Part shown: in pieces, positions 33,934 to 46,800 of the stretch
Numbering within the stretch: position 1 is the first letter of the stretch
Layout: each line of letters begins with the position of its first letter
Assembly: GCA_977862235.1 (NCBI GenBank)
Contig: OZ374557.1
Coordinates: 3,472,001-3,536,000 of the forward strand
Origin: Dudresnaya verticillata
Taxonomy: Eukaryota
DNA length: 64,000 nucleotides
Direction: 5' to 3'
Made by a program: the position numbers and the translations under genes
Notes under the pieces: model-generated
The model's input: the letters and a program-made list of their open reading frames with translations, nothing else
The model's database searches: none
Told to the model about the DNA's origin: nothing

Positions 33934-35900
33934 CCAGTCGACGCAAAAAATTAACGTACAAATTAATGGCAGTCCATGCTGTACGTACTAGAGCGTGTGT
34001 ACACGTGCCTGCATGGCAAATATCAACTCGTAGACCCGGACTTGGTCAAAAAGCCATTCTCACGTGACCTTGCTATTTCCTTTATTCCTATGCAGCCCTC
34101 CCCCTCCCCAATCATACACCTCCCTCTCTCCCCCCTTCCCCTCCCTATTTCACCCGCCCCCTGTTATTTCAATAGTCCCAACCGAGGGCGACACATCGTA
34201 CCATGAAGGGCAGATGGCACTGGGCATCTAACTTTCCATCACCAGAGATAGGCCTTGACACGAACTCCTTCCAGGACGTCATCGCAAAAGTCAGATGTGA
34301 CAGGATCTGATACAAGTATCCAGTCGCGATTCTAATATCTAAGGCTGGCTCTGTACTACCGCAGTCGTAGATTGAGATGGCTGTTTGCGCATTCGTCTTC
34401 CTGAAACATGTGGAGAAAGTGTCCACTCACTGAGGGTTTAGATTGTGCCAAGAAAACGAAAGCAAGTTTTCTCAGGGGAGCGGGCAAAGCGTTCGTGTAG
34501 GCTGTTTAACAGACGCTGTCATTGAAGAGAAGCGGAAGAGTAGGGACTTTCCGAACTTCAGCTTCTCTGGGATCAATGAGCTGCTCTGGGTTGCCGATGC
34601 GGATGGTCTCGATGAGAAACTGGCCGTCATACTGGCTTCCATTGAAACTAAAGGTGATGGCTTCGTTGATGTCGACGCCAGCAGTTGGTGGTGATACCAA
34701 AATGAGGGAAGACGGGTTGTCGGAGATCTGTTCTTGTAGATCAGTGCGATGCTGCGGGAGATACCATCAATAGCGAGACTTCTCACCCCAGGAAGGTGTA
34801 GTGCTTGTAAGCACGACAGAGAAGGAAGGGGATATGGGCAGAAGACGGCCAGCTACCTGCATATGAACTTGGGGATGTGGACAGAGTATTCGCTGCTGTT
34901 GCCGTTGGGAATTCTGACGGTGTCGAAGAGTAAGACGGTGTAAGCGTAAGTTCTTCAACTCGATTGTCTTCTAGCGACGGCAAGCTGTTATCATCAGGGA
35001 GATTTTCGGAAGACACGGGTACTACGGCCGTTGAAGCCGACGGGGTTCCCAGCGGCGTGACACGGTAGATGGAGATGAGGCCGAAGGATTCCTCAAGGTC
35101 TGCTGGGGTCTAAGACGCACCGACTTGTTTGAGTCTAGTGGTCCTTCATCCATGGTATCACCCCAATTGCCACAACGAACGAATTGTTGACATATCCTCG
35201 TCATTTTGAATTAGGAATATTCTTTCTCCGAGCTGTCGATAGTGAGCAATAACCTACTGCCCATTCCCACAGGTGTTTGAATTGCCGTCCAAAATTCTTT
35301 TGCGTGTTCAGACTGCGTTCTGTCTCGTGCCTCGGATGACAACCCTATTGTGCTCACCGTCAAAAGTTGCCAGCCAAAGTGTAGGGTTTTTGTTGATAGT
35401 ATGGATAAGAAGTTGAGCACCTCCAGTTCCTTTGAGTACCCCCCACACAACCCTGTTCTGTTCCCTCTTCAAAAGTAGAGCCGTCAACATCAGGGCTGAT
35501 TTTCTTTGCAAGCATACAAGACAACGACTCAAGATTGTGTTCTTTCGCGCTTGTCGATGCATTATCTGGAACGATGAAAGCCCGAAACTCGTGCTTGTTT
35601 CAAATGAGAGCGACAGAACGAACCATATGCGGAATACAGTCGGTCACTATCTGTACTGCGCAATATTCCAATCTCGCTCGGGCTGTTTACGAATTTATCT
35701 CCATCTGCCTGCTGCAGTCACTCTTGTTATAGGCTCACATATGAAAGACTCGGAACCGGTACTGAACCACCCGTGCTGTGTGAACAATAGTCTGGATATT
35801 GTTCCCTTGCGTACGTAAAGCTTTGAACCGACACGATTACACGCCAAGATTGTAACACATGCAACCGAAGGGTACCAGTACAATACAAGGCCTGCTTTTG

Positions 35901-36718
35901 CTAGCCATGGACCGCCATTGCTTCCGCCGGTATCGATGCGTTCGTGCTGAGCAATTCAGGTGCCTTTTCACTGTCAAACAGTCCCTTCAACGCCAGTGCA
36001 TGCACGACATCCTGAGCGAGGAGCTCAACGATGCAAGTTTCAGATACACCTACAAGCTCAGCGCTGTCCATAAGCGACCGGAAATTCTCAACGGCAGAAG
36101 AGTACGCCTTCTTCTCGGAAAGCATCACCCTCGATGATAATTGGCGGTACTTCGGAGATGATATACGGCATGAAGCTTCTATGTCCTGGGAGTCATTACT
36201 GCAAAAAAGGATACCGACGTATTGCTCCTGGGCAAAGCGGTACACAAATAGTTTGCACTCCTCAGCCGTCCAATGTTGAATATGATGAGGTGGTCGTGCA
36301 GGAAGAGCTCGTTGCTCACAAAGGCGGCAAATAGTGCTAACTGAGGAATCGAAAACACTTGAAACTCTGGTGCTGCGATCCAGCACAAGACCCCGAAGGG
36401 CCTCAACACGATCAGGAAGATTGATATCTATAGAGGCATCCCGTCCCAATTCAGCAAAGGCAAAGCTAAACTGCTCAGCAGATGAAGGGTCCGCTGGCAT
36501 TGGCAACACAGTTACAGTGTCGAAATCACCACTACAATCAAAGCCGAGGCAAGCTGTCTGGGGAAACATGTTCATCTCACTGGGGTCCGTGAACTGATAT
36601 AGAGAGGACCCGAGCGTTAGAGTACCAGGCCGAAAAGCATGTACTCCTGTTTGAGTAGATGGGTTCAGATTCCGGGAAGCTGCTATCGCATGCAATTCCG
36701 GTAAGCCGGGAAGGAACA
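35901..36718 (-). CDS. Unknown ORF, candidate second exon of the GATA gene or remnant of a decayed gene
   Basis: 272-codon open frame with no ATG at its 5' end. It is in phase with the GATA exon through GAGG|GTAAGT...CTGAC...AG. Confidence 0.45.
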
Positions 36719-36729
36719 CTTCTCAATGG

Positions 36730-37320
36730 TCAGTTTTTGCCCAGCTTGATATTGTCTGATGTCCAAAAGAATAAGAGTTCGAGAACATGATGCCACTTAC
36801 CCTCAGCTGCATGCCGTTCCTCTGGAGAGGACGGCGGACTTCTAGGAGAACTTTTCGGAGATCTCCACAGGGACAAGCATTCAAAAACAGTTTCAGCTGC
36901 ATATCGACTCGGTATCTGACGCGAAGTGCTCCTTCTCGACCTGGACTTTGGCTTCTTAGCACATACAGTCCCAGCGATCGCACTGCCAAATACAACACTT
37001 CTGACAGGCCGTCTGTTCTCGGCCTCTGCACGCCAGGACCTAGTTGAGGCTGCCTGCTGCTGCATCTCATTACAGTCCGTTTTCTTCCAGGCTTTTCTTG
37101 AGGCTAGCGGGAAATGCACTGGAGCAGAACCGACGGGCTTGGCAGCTGTGATATTACCTTCAGTGTCCTTGGACAAAAGGAGCTTACCCTTCTTGTATCT
37201 CACACCACATGCGTTACAAAGGGTCTTTGGACCATCCGGACCGGCGCGCCAGAGTGGCGTCTCGGTGCTCAGACAGTGCACACATCGCAGCTTCAGGGAT
37301 CGATCAGCGAATTTTCCCAT
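36730..37320 (-). CDS. GATA-type zinc-finger transcription factor (may splice to 35901..36718)
   Basis: [32 protein letters not shown] (CX2CX18CX2C). Candidate intron 36800-36719. Confidence 0.9.
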   Translation of the reverse strand: MGKFADRSLKLRCVHCLSTETPLWRAGPDGPKTLCNACGVRYKKGKLLLSKDTEGNITAAKPVGSAPVHFPLASRKAWKKTDCNEMQQQAASTRSWRAEAENRRPVRSVVFGSAIAGTVCAKKPKSRSRRSTSRQIPSRYAAETVFECLSLWRSPKSSPRSPPSSPEERHAAEGKWHHVLELLFFWTSDNIKLGKN

Positions 37321-37392
37321 GCGCCTCTTATTGAGAACTGGTTTCGGCTCCGGTCTCTGACTGACACCACTTCCGTGGCAGCATGTTCAATT

Positions 37393-37429
37393 TGTTCTGT
37401 TCTGTTCTGTTCTGTTCTGTTCTGTTCTG
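37393..37429. repeat. (TGTTC)7 microsatellite upstream of the GATA gene
   Basis: Seen directly. Confidence 0.95.
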
Positions 37430-38241
37430 GAAAATGCGGACCGCGGATCACGACGGCGAATTCTCTAGTTTCAGCTAGAGTGTTTGTCGAAGTGAGATTT
37501 TCAACGTGTACACTTGTATGGGCAATACAGTCATCTCTCGATTAGTGAAACCCGTCATAACGGGAACCCCCCTATTACAGAAACCGAAACGGGTCTCCGC
37601 ACTTGGGAGAAGCGAAATTATATCAAAAAAACAACAGTAGCTCCACTTTCGATATCTGAAACCGACATTTCACGCCCGAGGGGCACCACTACAACGTTCA
37701 TATTGTAAAAAAACGACCGTTAAAGGCCTCCAGGCGATGATAACGAGCTGAAATGTAGCCTTATTTAACAGAAACGCCTTTCACGGCAACGCTAGAGTAG
37801 ACTAACTCCCAGACACTCTAACATGACGCTTATCACCCTCACAATTCTCCAGAAAAAAATATGCCAGCGAATTGCGGAGAGATATGGGGAGGACACGCCG
37901 CCCTTTAGACGTTGTATTGCGCAGACACAGCGGGCTGTCAAGGCGGAGTCATGCACATCTGCCAGGCAGACTAGTAGACAAGTGGCGGGAAGGCGGCCGG
38001 CTCAACCTTTGCGCGAATCTATTGGCAAGTTAGGAAATTGAACCAATAGAAGGACGTAGAACGCTGAGTTCAGGCTTTAAGAATGGTTTCGGGTTGGCGA
38101 GAGCAACATTGGTATCAACATAGCAACGAAGTTGCTAACGAAAGCGAGACGTCATCCCATATGCGATCAGGACTGCGGGAAGAAACCTTGTTCGCAAAGC
38201 AAAATAAATAGTTTCAAGAGATAGTTGCGAGCTACCCTTGA

Positions 38242-39197
38242 TTAGCCAAATTGCCTCCTCCTTGTATATCGCCTCCGTCCCTGCGATTGAGATGGTCTTC
38301 GGACGATATCCTCCTCATCTTCGTCCTCGTCGGCATCTTCAAGCCCTTCCTCCGAAATCCTGCTTACTCCACGTCTCTTCCGGCCGCGCACAGGGATGAC
38401 CTCCTCCTCCTCGTCCTCCTTCTCCTGCCGAACCTCCTCTTCCTCAGCCCGGGGCGCTGACGACACAACATTGCCTTGTGCGTACTGCCGTGCAAAGTTG
38501 CGCACCACTGGAAGCTCTAGCAGTGCGCGAGGGCCGAAAGTGACGGTCGCGCCGGCGCTCTGCCGGCCCGAATTCTGCCGGCGCTGGATCTTGAGCCAGA
38601 ACGCGTGGTGCAGCTTTTGAATGGCGCGGCCATTCTCCGCGACAGTCATCGAGCGCTCCATCGGCACAGTCTGCGCATTCGACAGCTTGATCTCACCCTC
38701 GTAGTCGCGCAACTCATCGATGAGCGCAAAAAACAGCGCTATCTCTGACTTCGAGAAGGTGTTCACCAGACGAGACGCCTCGTCCTCGATTGTGTTGCAC
38801 ACACCCATGTATGTCACAGAGTCCCAGGGAGAGCGCATTGTCTTGATCTGTAGCTCTAGTGGTGACAGCTGGCTTTGCGTTTTGGTACATATTTGCACGG
38901 CAGTTAAGAGAAACGAACGAGGGTAGAGGGCCCAGTTAGTATTGCGCAACGCAGTGCTCACTTCATCCTGAACAGTTCGTAGTCAGTTCGTAGCCAGGGT
39001 CTAGTTTGGCGAGCAGCATACCTGTTCATCCGCGACACGCGGTCCTGGAGCTGCTCAACATCCTCCAGGTTTCGCTTCTTTCGGCCGTCACCTTTCCCCA
39101 ACAGTTCGTTGTACAATTTGAGGGCATCCTGTTGCGAGACGACTTTCAGCGCAAACAGGTTTTGAAGGAAGGCTTGTTCGACTGTCTTCAAACCCAT
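38242..39197 (-). CDS. NSE1: SMC5/6 subunit Nse1 homolog, 2 exons (39197-39022, 38872-38242), no RING
   Basis: EQAFLQ, LSPLELQI, YMGVCNTIEDEASRL, SEIALF, WL and FGPRALLEL resemble the Nse1 winged-helix region. Phase-consistent GT-AG intron of 149 nt. Confidence 0.8.
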
Positions 39198-39671
39198 GAT
39201 TGCGGGCCTTACGGAAAAGCAATGAAAGTTGCCGGACCCAGTGTTCCTCTTTCCGTTCGCGCCGGGGAGAAGCTGCTTGGGAAGTGCGGCAGTTCTTCGT
39301 GCGAAGCGAACGTTGCCGGGAACGCGACAGGGGACGCGGGTGGTCCCCTGAGGTTGAGGTACATTTTCGCGGGAAAAGGAAAGCAATTCGCTGGGCGCCA
39401 AAATTCGTGGTATGCCGTTCATATCCTCGCCATGATCCGAATCATGACGAGATTCGATCAAGGATCCGATCCGGGAGGCACACCGTTTATGAGGAGCACC
39501 CATTGGGCACGGTACATGTCCGCTATCCGATGTCCTCCCAAAGGTAAGAACGAGCATCCGTAGCTTGATAGCATTTCTGTTGCAAGCAACACAAGAGTAG
39601 CCCTTCGCCTTTTTCCGTGGGTGCGATACGTTACTGGGGACGTTGACCAAGCTGCTCTAACCGCGTTATGC

Positions 39672-41204
39672 TCACACTAGATGAGCGTCTTTCTTGACCG
39701 CGTGCGGTTCCCACCCCGCATCCTCCCCGCTCCGTATGATGCGTTCATCCCCATTCTCCATGGTTTTCATCCTATACAGTTTTGCCCTGTAAAGGTCCAG
39801 CGCGAGGCCGTTGTTCATAAGGATGTAGTACCCGTGCTTGGCAGCGTGCGCCACCGGTATCCTTTTTCCGATGCGTAGCCATCCCCCCCGTCGCACGCGC
39901 ACACAGCCGTTGTTGTCATCCGCAATCAGGGATTCTGGAAGTCTTGGGTCGCATGAAACTGCGTCCAACTTGGTCACCAGCCTGCGGGCAACGACCCGTG
40001 CAGCGACATCATGCTTGACATACAGCCGCCCCACCATTGCTTTGCGCATGCTGCCGTGTGAGAACATCTTCCTCGTCAGGTATACCACCACGCCCAAGAG
40101 GACAGAACCTGTGCCGATGCATTGGTTAATCAGGCTCGCCCAGTTTCGGTCCTCCCGTCCCAACCATTGGATTATGCCTGGGGTGAGCCAGAGTGCTAGC
40201 CCGGAAATGGCTATGATGAGAGGAAGGACTGGTATGCTTACTTCCAATTCACCCTTATTATGTACCAGGCTCCGAAGCCCTTCAAGGTGGGCTTCGTCGC
40301 AGACGTGAGGGATGGGATGGATGCTACCAAGCCTAAGCTCGGACTCCATGGCAACACGGTGCGTTTTAGAACGACACAACACTCTTGGCATGTTCTTACC
40401 CGGGAATGCACGGCGAGCCGAGTCGCCATGTAGCGGCAACCCTTGAAGGACAAGACCCCAGTTTTCATCACCAACGCTACCCGTATCAATGCCGTTCTTA
40501 AGTACTGGTCCAGAAGCGCAAATCTGTCCCCATGAACTGTTTCCGCCGACCATGAGAACCCGTCTCACGATACATCGCGATGAGGGAGGCACGTCGTTAT
40601 TTTTAGGGAAAGCAATGTGAGTGTATCCTGTGGTCATTTCGTAATTGACATATACATTGACTGCCTCTTGTGGAAGAGGGATTATGACCGTAGATTCATC
40701 ATCGAGGTCGTCAGGTGACACCGCTACTCCTACAGCACTCGTGAAGCTCGGCAGCAGCAGGTGAGTACCGTCCGGGCGCGTAAAGCAATAGACATGTCCA
40801 CCCCATGGTATTTCACAGAACCGCGTCGCCTGACGGATAGCAGATACATTCGCCTGATTATGATATGGAAAAAATTCGAACTCCGAGCCCTGCCCCAACG
40901 TCGAGTCGTGACTGTCAAAGTCGTCAAAAGAAACACACCAGGGCCTGTGAACAGGCCTTTCCTCCATGGCTTGCCTCTTTTTTCGATATGAGAAGCCCAA
41001 CAAAACGACAGAGTATCGCAGCTTGTCGAAAAAAGTAGAGGGAGAACCGTCGTCATGTACTATTTCCCGGTCACTAGAGTCGTTAGTCCTTCGCACGGGA
41101 AGATTAAGGAACACTTCATCGACAGAGCCTCGCGATACTTCCAGTGCGTCTCCACGACCGTGATCTGATGATGATGCCATGTCTGGCAAATTGTTCGCTG
41201 ACAT
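39672..41204 (-). CDS. Unknown protein with two C-terminal hydrophobic segments; paralog of 50831..52531
   Basis: Long intronless ORF (first in-frame ATG 41204) with strong protein similarity to the second copy. Confidence 0.85.
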   Translation of the reverse strand: MSANNLPDMASSSDHGRGDALEVSRGSVDEVFLNLPVRRTNDSSDREIVHDDGSPSTFFDKLRYSVVLLGFSYRKKRQAMEERPVHRPWCVSFDDFDSHDSTLGQGSEFEFFPYHNQANVSAIRQATRFCEIPWGGHVYCFTRPDGTHLLLPSFTSAVGVAVSPDDLDDESTVIIPLPQEAVNVYVNYEMTTGYTHIAFPKNNDVPPSSRCIVRRVLMVGGNSSWGQICASGPVLKNGIDTGSVGDENWGLVLQGLPLHGDSARRAFPGKNMPRVLCRSKTHRVAMESELRLGSIHPIPHVCDEAHLEGLRSLVHNKGELEVSIPVLPLIIAISGLALWLTPGIIQWLGREDRNWASLINQCIGTGSVLLGVVVYLTRKMFSHGSMRKAMVGRLYVKHDVAARVVARRLVTKLDAVSCDPRLPESLIADDNNGCVRVRRGGWLRIGKRIPVAHAAKHGYYILMNNGLALDLYRAKLYRMKTMENGDERIIRSGEDAGWEPHAVKKDAHLV

Positions 41205-42636
41205 CACCGGTAGAGACGGCTGCGGTATGCTATGTGTAGCTCCAAGCTGTCCGTTGCGACGGGGATGTGGACCACGTCGGGGCCCTGGCTCCTGGCCTAG
41301 CTTGATCCCCTCACGTCTGGGAGAGTGTTTCCGTCGATTCTTTTTGCTTGACACCGCATGATCAGAACGCTTCTCTTGTGGAAGTCTACCGTTGTCTCCT
41401 TATACTTATGTGCAGGCCGCTGGGCTGATCCCAACGGGCTGAGAGGCTAGCCCCGTCTCGCTCGTTCTCCCCCTGCTACAGTACGCACAGGTACTGTACG
41501 CGCCCGTATCCGCCAGTACAGTACCGTGCTTTGCGTGGATGGACGTCGAGAAACAGGGATTACGACGCCTTGCCTTCTTTTTTTCTTCTTTTTTTGTATT
41601 ACCCATGCACTGAAACATATTCTTTTACGAATGCAAGAGACAGCCGGGCTCTTCACCAGACGTCAACGCACCCAACTCGGACCGACTGTGCTCTCATGAT
41701 TGCTGGGTTATCGTTGTCTTCCTGATTCTTCCTGATCGCAGGGCTGGGGCTGGTTTACGTGTACTTTCGTTACATTGGAACTGATGCACTTATACTAGAA
41801 CGCTATCTTATCGTCGAGAGTCCAAGATTGGTACAAACCTCAGGCTTTACTAGTAGTGGCCTCGCGCCAAGCGGCATACAATTTGAAGGCGAGCAACTGC
41901 TCAGGTTTCTGTTCATGTATTACTATTTCCCCGTAACCGACATCAGTTACAGCAACGCTGGTGGACGTCACGCCTCGCATCGCAGGCCTCCACGCCCCGC
42001 AGGCATGGCCGATTAACCGTAGAAGGGGCCAGACCCGAAATCGGCTTTTTGCCACACCCGGGCTCGACGCAACGCAAGCTGCAGCATAACGATGGCACAT
42101 ATCTCAAAACCTTAAGACGTCCCAGAAACTTGCTTGACGCGTTCGGGAAAGGAAAAGCAACTAGCTTCCCTCGATGCGTGCATAGTCGCCGACAATTGTA
42201 TACGAATGCTGCTGACCGAAGCCACACATGCTTTTTCAAAAGACCAACAGCGAAAATTAGCCCCACAGACTGCATCTGTCTAGCAACAAGTAACTTTACC
42301 AATCTCTCTAGCAGGAAGCAGGTCAGTCGCAGTTCGGCCTCTGCTCGAATGTCAAATCTCAAGGAAAGCCCGAGAGTAGCTTGCCTTGCTACCGTGCTGT
42401 AGAACCCCTCGTTCCCTCCGTCAGGTTTCTGGACGTTGCTTTCATTTTCTCCCGTTCACGCGGGATTCAGCTTCTGCGCAACACATCGGCTATCGACGTT
42501 CGGTGTTTCCCTAAGGGAACTGCGGCTGCGATTTCTTGCCAAGGCAGAAAAGCAGCATGACACAGCCGTATACAATCGCTCAGCTCTAGGTGATCTGCTA
42601 GTGGCAGCTCCAGGTGATCTGCTAGCGTACGTAGCC

Positions 42637-43305
42637 CTAAGAAATCACCATCGACTTCAAGTGGATCTTACGAATGCTCCCTCCGCTCCAGTCATGTGCA
42701 TTTTCAACGCACTCGCCATCTTGAGTGAAGCTCTCAGTGTCTACTTCCCCGCTGTTGTCATGCACCAGGGCCTCTAGAATAGGACTAGGCGACACATAAC
42801 GCGAGCGCACCGCAGATTGTATAGGAAGAAGTCAGTACATGAGAGGTTGCTCCCTACAGCGAAAAGAAACTACACGTAGAATGGTCATACTTCGTTCCAA
42901 GTGTTGTCTTGAACTTGGTGAACATTAGATATGTCTCCGCGCCGTCCTTTCGTGATATCTCACACTCCAATTCACCCGATCTTGGATCGCCTCGTACTCT
43001 TGCGAGCCATTGCTTTGCGGGGAGCCAGAAATGGATGATCGGAAGATGGACATAGCATTAGGTCAGAAGGTCTGAAAGGGCGCAAAACGGACCCAGACCT
43101 GCATGAATGTACAAACCTCGACCGTTGCACCGCTTGAGTCCCACTCAAAGAGGCACGTCGACGATGGGATTGAGGGCGTGTCTAGAGCTACTTCTATTTG
43201 GCCGGCTTTGTTGGGAGTTACTTTGAACTCGATCTGTGCCTCCTTGGCATAGGCCAGCGCTATTATGCTCACGAAGACCAGCCGAAGCACAAGCTGCACC
43301 GCCAT
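42637..43305 (-). CDS. MYDGF: Myeloid-derived growth factor (UPF0556/C19orf10) homolog, 3 exons (43305-43117, 43012-42891, 42784-42637), 152 aa
   Basis: Signal peptide, then FKVTP...TCLFEWDSSGATVE|QW...LECEISRKDGAETYLMFTKFK, matching human FDVRP...TCMFTYASQGGTNEQW...FTCTIWRPQGKSYLYFTQFK as recalled. Both introns are GT-AG and phase-consistent. Confidence 0.85.
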
Positions 43306-43848
43306 GATACTTGGGAATATCCTCAAGTGCGAGCAGATGGCCACGTCCTTGATCCTTGTACTTGATCCTTGTACTTGATCCTTGATACTCTTAGGGTACG
43401 GCCTTCACGTCCAGGCATCGTCGGGATACATACGTACAGTGCTGTACGAAGCATTGGGTAGCCGCTTGTATAATCCGCTATATTACAGTTATCGCAGCTG
43501 TCAATGGCTGGTCGCCACCCAAATATCTTCCATTTACAGTATGTCCCCAAATGCTGCCGTTGTGTAAGGCTTGATTCAGTAACTGTAATACAACCCGCAC
43601 GGTTATTTTGGCCTGGTCGGCTTTTCGCGGGAAAATGCGGATCAGAACCCCTTTGCCGCCAATTCGTGAGATGGTATCGTCTTGGTACGAGTTGCACGCA
43701 ACTCGCCAAATTGCAAACCACACCACGCACAAGCTTTCAATGCCCCCTTCTACGAACTACTCCTCTTCCCGCTGAGCGTTGTTCCCATACACCCCTTCGA
43801 AGGTTGTTTTCATCCCACTCGGCTGCTTGTATCGTATCGCGCACCAAG

Positions 43849-46800
43849 ATGTCGGGCCGCACGCTGCGCCCGTCATTCGCACATATGCCAGGGCCGTGTG
43901 GTCTTGGTGCACTCCCTTCCGGCAAGTACGCAATATCGACCGGTAGCGACGCTACCCTGCGCCTGCACGACATTTCCGACACGCCCACGGCGTGGTGGCG
44001 CGCAGAAGCCCCGGAGGAGCCCGAGCTTCCAGACTTGTCTGTGACCAACCTGCATGAGAAGGCTGTTAGCTGTCTGGCCGTGTCCCCAACAGGCGCCAAC
44101 TTCGCGACAGGCAGCGACGACGGCTTCGTTCGGATTTTCGCAGTGCAGACTGGTGCGGACAGGCCAGATGCAGACCTTCTTCAGGCGTGTGCCCGCTTTG
44201 GCGGACCTGTGCGAGGCCTGGACTTTTCCCCTACTGGCGCGTTCTTGGCTGCTGCGGGCGAGGAACCGGGCGTGTTGAAAATTGTTATGACCGCACAACC
44301 ATCTAGTGTCACTGTTCTGCGCGCTCCGGCCGCAGCGAAGGGGGCCGAAGCCGTTGTGGTCGTCGCGTTCGACCGGAGCGGAGATTTTATAGCAACGGTC
44401 GGGGAGCACGGCCAGGCAGTGATTTGGGACGTCGAGAAGTGCAAAATGGCGTGCGCGTTGGATCTTGGTGAGAGAAAGGCACGTTGTGTCGCTTGGTCGC
44501 CCTGTGGATTGAGGCTGATACTCGGCACGAACAAGGGTATTGTGGTGGTGTCTCAAGGTACATGGCTCCTTGATCACGTCCTCGAAGACGCTGGTGAGCA
44601 GGATGATGAGGATGAGACATACTTCGGTTCATCTGGTAAGTGCGGTATATCAGCTCTGGCGTGCTGCTCGAACGGGAGTTACTTGCTATCGGCTAAAGAC
44701 GACTCGACTATCTCATTGTGGGACGTCGGGAGAAAGAAGATTCTATCATGTTGGAAGGGTCCGGAGGTGGCACAGAGACTCTTTTGGCATCCCAAAGCAA
44801 ATGCCATGGCCATGATTGATACAATTGGGCAGTGGTGCATTGTACCCGATGTAGTTCCACAGCACATGCCATCGCCTCACGTTGGGGCGCCAGCGCTTGA
44901 GCTCCCTACCCTTCCGGAAACAGATGGTCCGTCGACGAGAACGAAGGACGCAGGTGATGCGGACGAGGAGGATATCAAGCCGTCAAAAAAGGCAAAGCTT
45001 CGAAGACTCAAACAACAGCAGAGGAAGGAAATTTCGAAGGAGTCGAAACCCAGAAAGAGTTCTAAACCTGACTCGGACGAGGACGAGGACGAGGACGACA
45101 ACCAGCTGGAGAACGGATTCACGTTCAATGCAAGTGATGTTGACGCAGATGATGAAGATGACTCGAAACGAGATCATGCCAATGGATACGATGATGGTGA
45201 TTCGGCTTCAGATGAAGACGACTCATCTGAGCTTGCCGGCGAATCAAGAACTGGGCGTCGCCTGGTAGACAGAGATGGCCGCAGGCTTCCCAGATCCAGG
45301 GCCACCTACGGCAATCCAGTTCCAATAGTTGCCACCCAAGCAACTTTTATGCCGACATCTACGCCGCTCTCCGAAAAACGGAGCAAGAAGAGACACATCC
45401 TTGCTTGGAACCTAGTCGGAGCTGTCCTGTCGTTTGATGAATCCTCTCATGACGTTGTTGAAATCGAGTTTGCTGATGCATCAAAACGAACCATTGGAAT
45501 TAAGGACCATTATGGTTATACAATGGGCTGTCTGACCAGTACGGGAGTACTTCTTGCTTCTCCAAAGAAGACGGAGCACGGTTCATTACTGACATTTCGG
45601 CCATTCTCGTCGTGGTCCGCCAATTCCGATTGGACCCAGTTCTTCCCAGTCGATGAGGACGTCTCTGTTATTGCACTTGGCCACCATTTCGCTGCGGCGG
45701 TCACAAAGCCTAACAACATCATCAGGGTTTTCTCGCTCAGTGGAATCCAAACTTCAGTGTTTGGTGTTCCAGGTACAGTAGTGACAGTTGCTGCAAATGG
45801 GGGAGAGCTCGTTGTCGTCTACTCAGAACCTCATTCCCCCGCTTTGCGCTGCGAAGCCCTAAGCATAAGCACCCATGGAGAGGTTGACAAAGTTTGGTTC
45901 CGTGGCCCTTTGGCGCTTTCAGCTGGGTCTAAGTTGGAATGGATTGGATTTACAAATGATACCAAAGAACTCTGCGCTTATGATTCCCAAGGGTGGCATT
46001 GGATGATGGCAGATCCGAAATCCTCGCAGAGATGGGTCCCCATGGTCCAGAACGCCGCAAAAGAAGGAGAATGTGACTGGTTCTGGGTGGCGTCTGCGAC
46101 TTCGACGAGTCTCATCGGAACCCCCTGCTTGTCGAACGAAAGATTTCCCCCTGCCAAGCCCCGTCCTTCCCTGCGCAGCCTGCCGCTTTCAGCTCCAGTT
46201 ATAGAAAAGGTCACGAAGTCAGGCAAGCCGACAGTAATGGAAAGGTTCCTTAGGACCAAACTCAAGTTGAATCGAGCACTGGCCGCCAAAGCTGAGGCAG
46301 ATGAGTTGTATGAATGCGATAGCATCGAGGTTGCCAATGCAGAAGATATCGTTGCCCGAATGGAAGTTGAAACGGACAAATGTACTTTGGCTTTGATGGA
46401 GGAGGCCTGTCGCAATGAGCAGAACATGCGTGCCTTTGACTTGGCTACCCGCTTGCACGCGAAAATATCTCTAAAGTATGCCATTGAGCTTGCAAAGCAC
46501 TTCAACAGAACAGCATTAGCAACTCGAGTTGAAAAGGCTGTAATGCGCAAAGCTGAGCTTATGGAAGAGAACGAGAGAGAGCGTACAGAGTTGCGAAAGG
46601 ACCTCGCGGGCCCTCGAATGGCGATACAAGCTGGTGGGCAGCACCCGTCAGAAGAACTAGCCTGTTCTGATGATGATAGCGGAACACAAGTCATGGAAAG
46701 GCAAAAAGCAAGCCCAGCTGGAAGAAAGACAGATCAAGAGGTTAAGAAGCCGAGCTTCGAAATAGGAGATGTAACTGACGATGAAGACGAAAGACCAGAT

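Noticed and set aside
43348..43388. Short 13-bp tandem (CTTGATCCTTGTA) upstream of MYDGF
   Set aside because: Fewer than three copies; ordinary slippage.
43504..43848. N-terminal extension of the 1186-aa ORF
   Set aside because: It lies in the MYDGF/WDHD1 intergenic region. WD40-like sequence starts only after ATG 43849.
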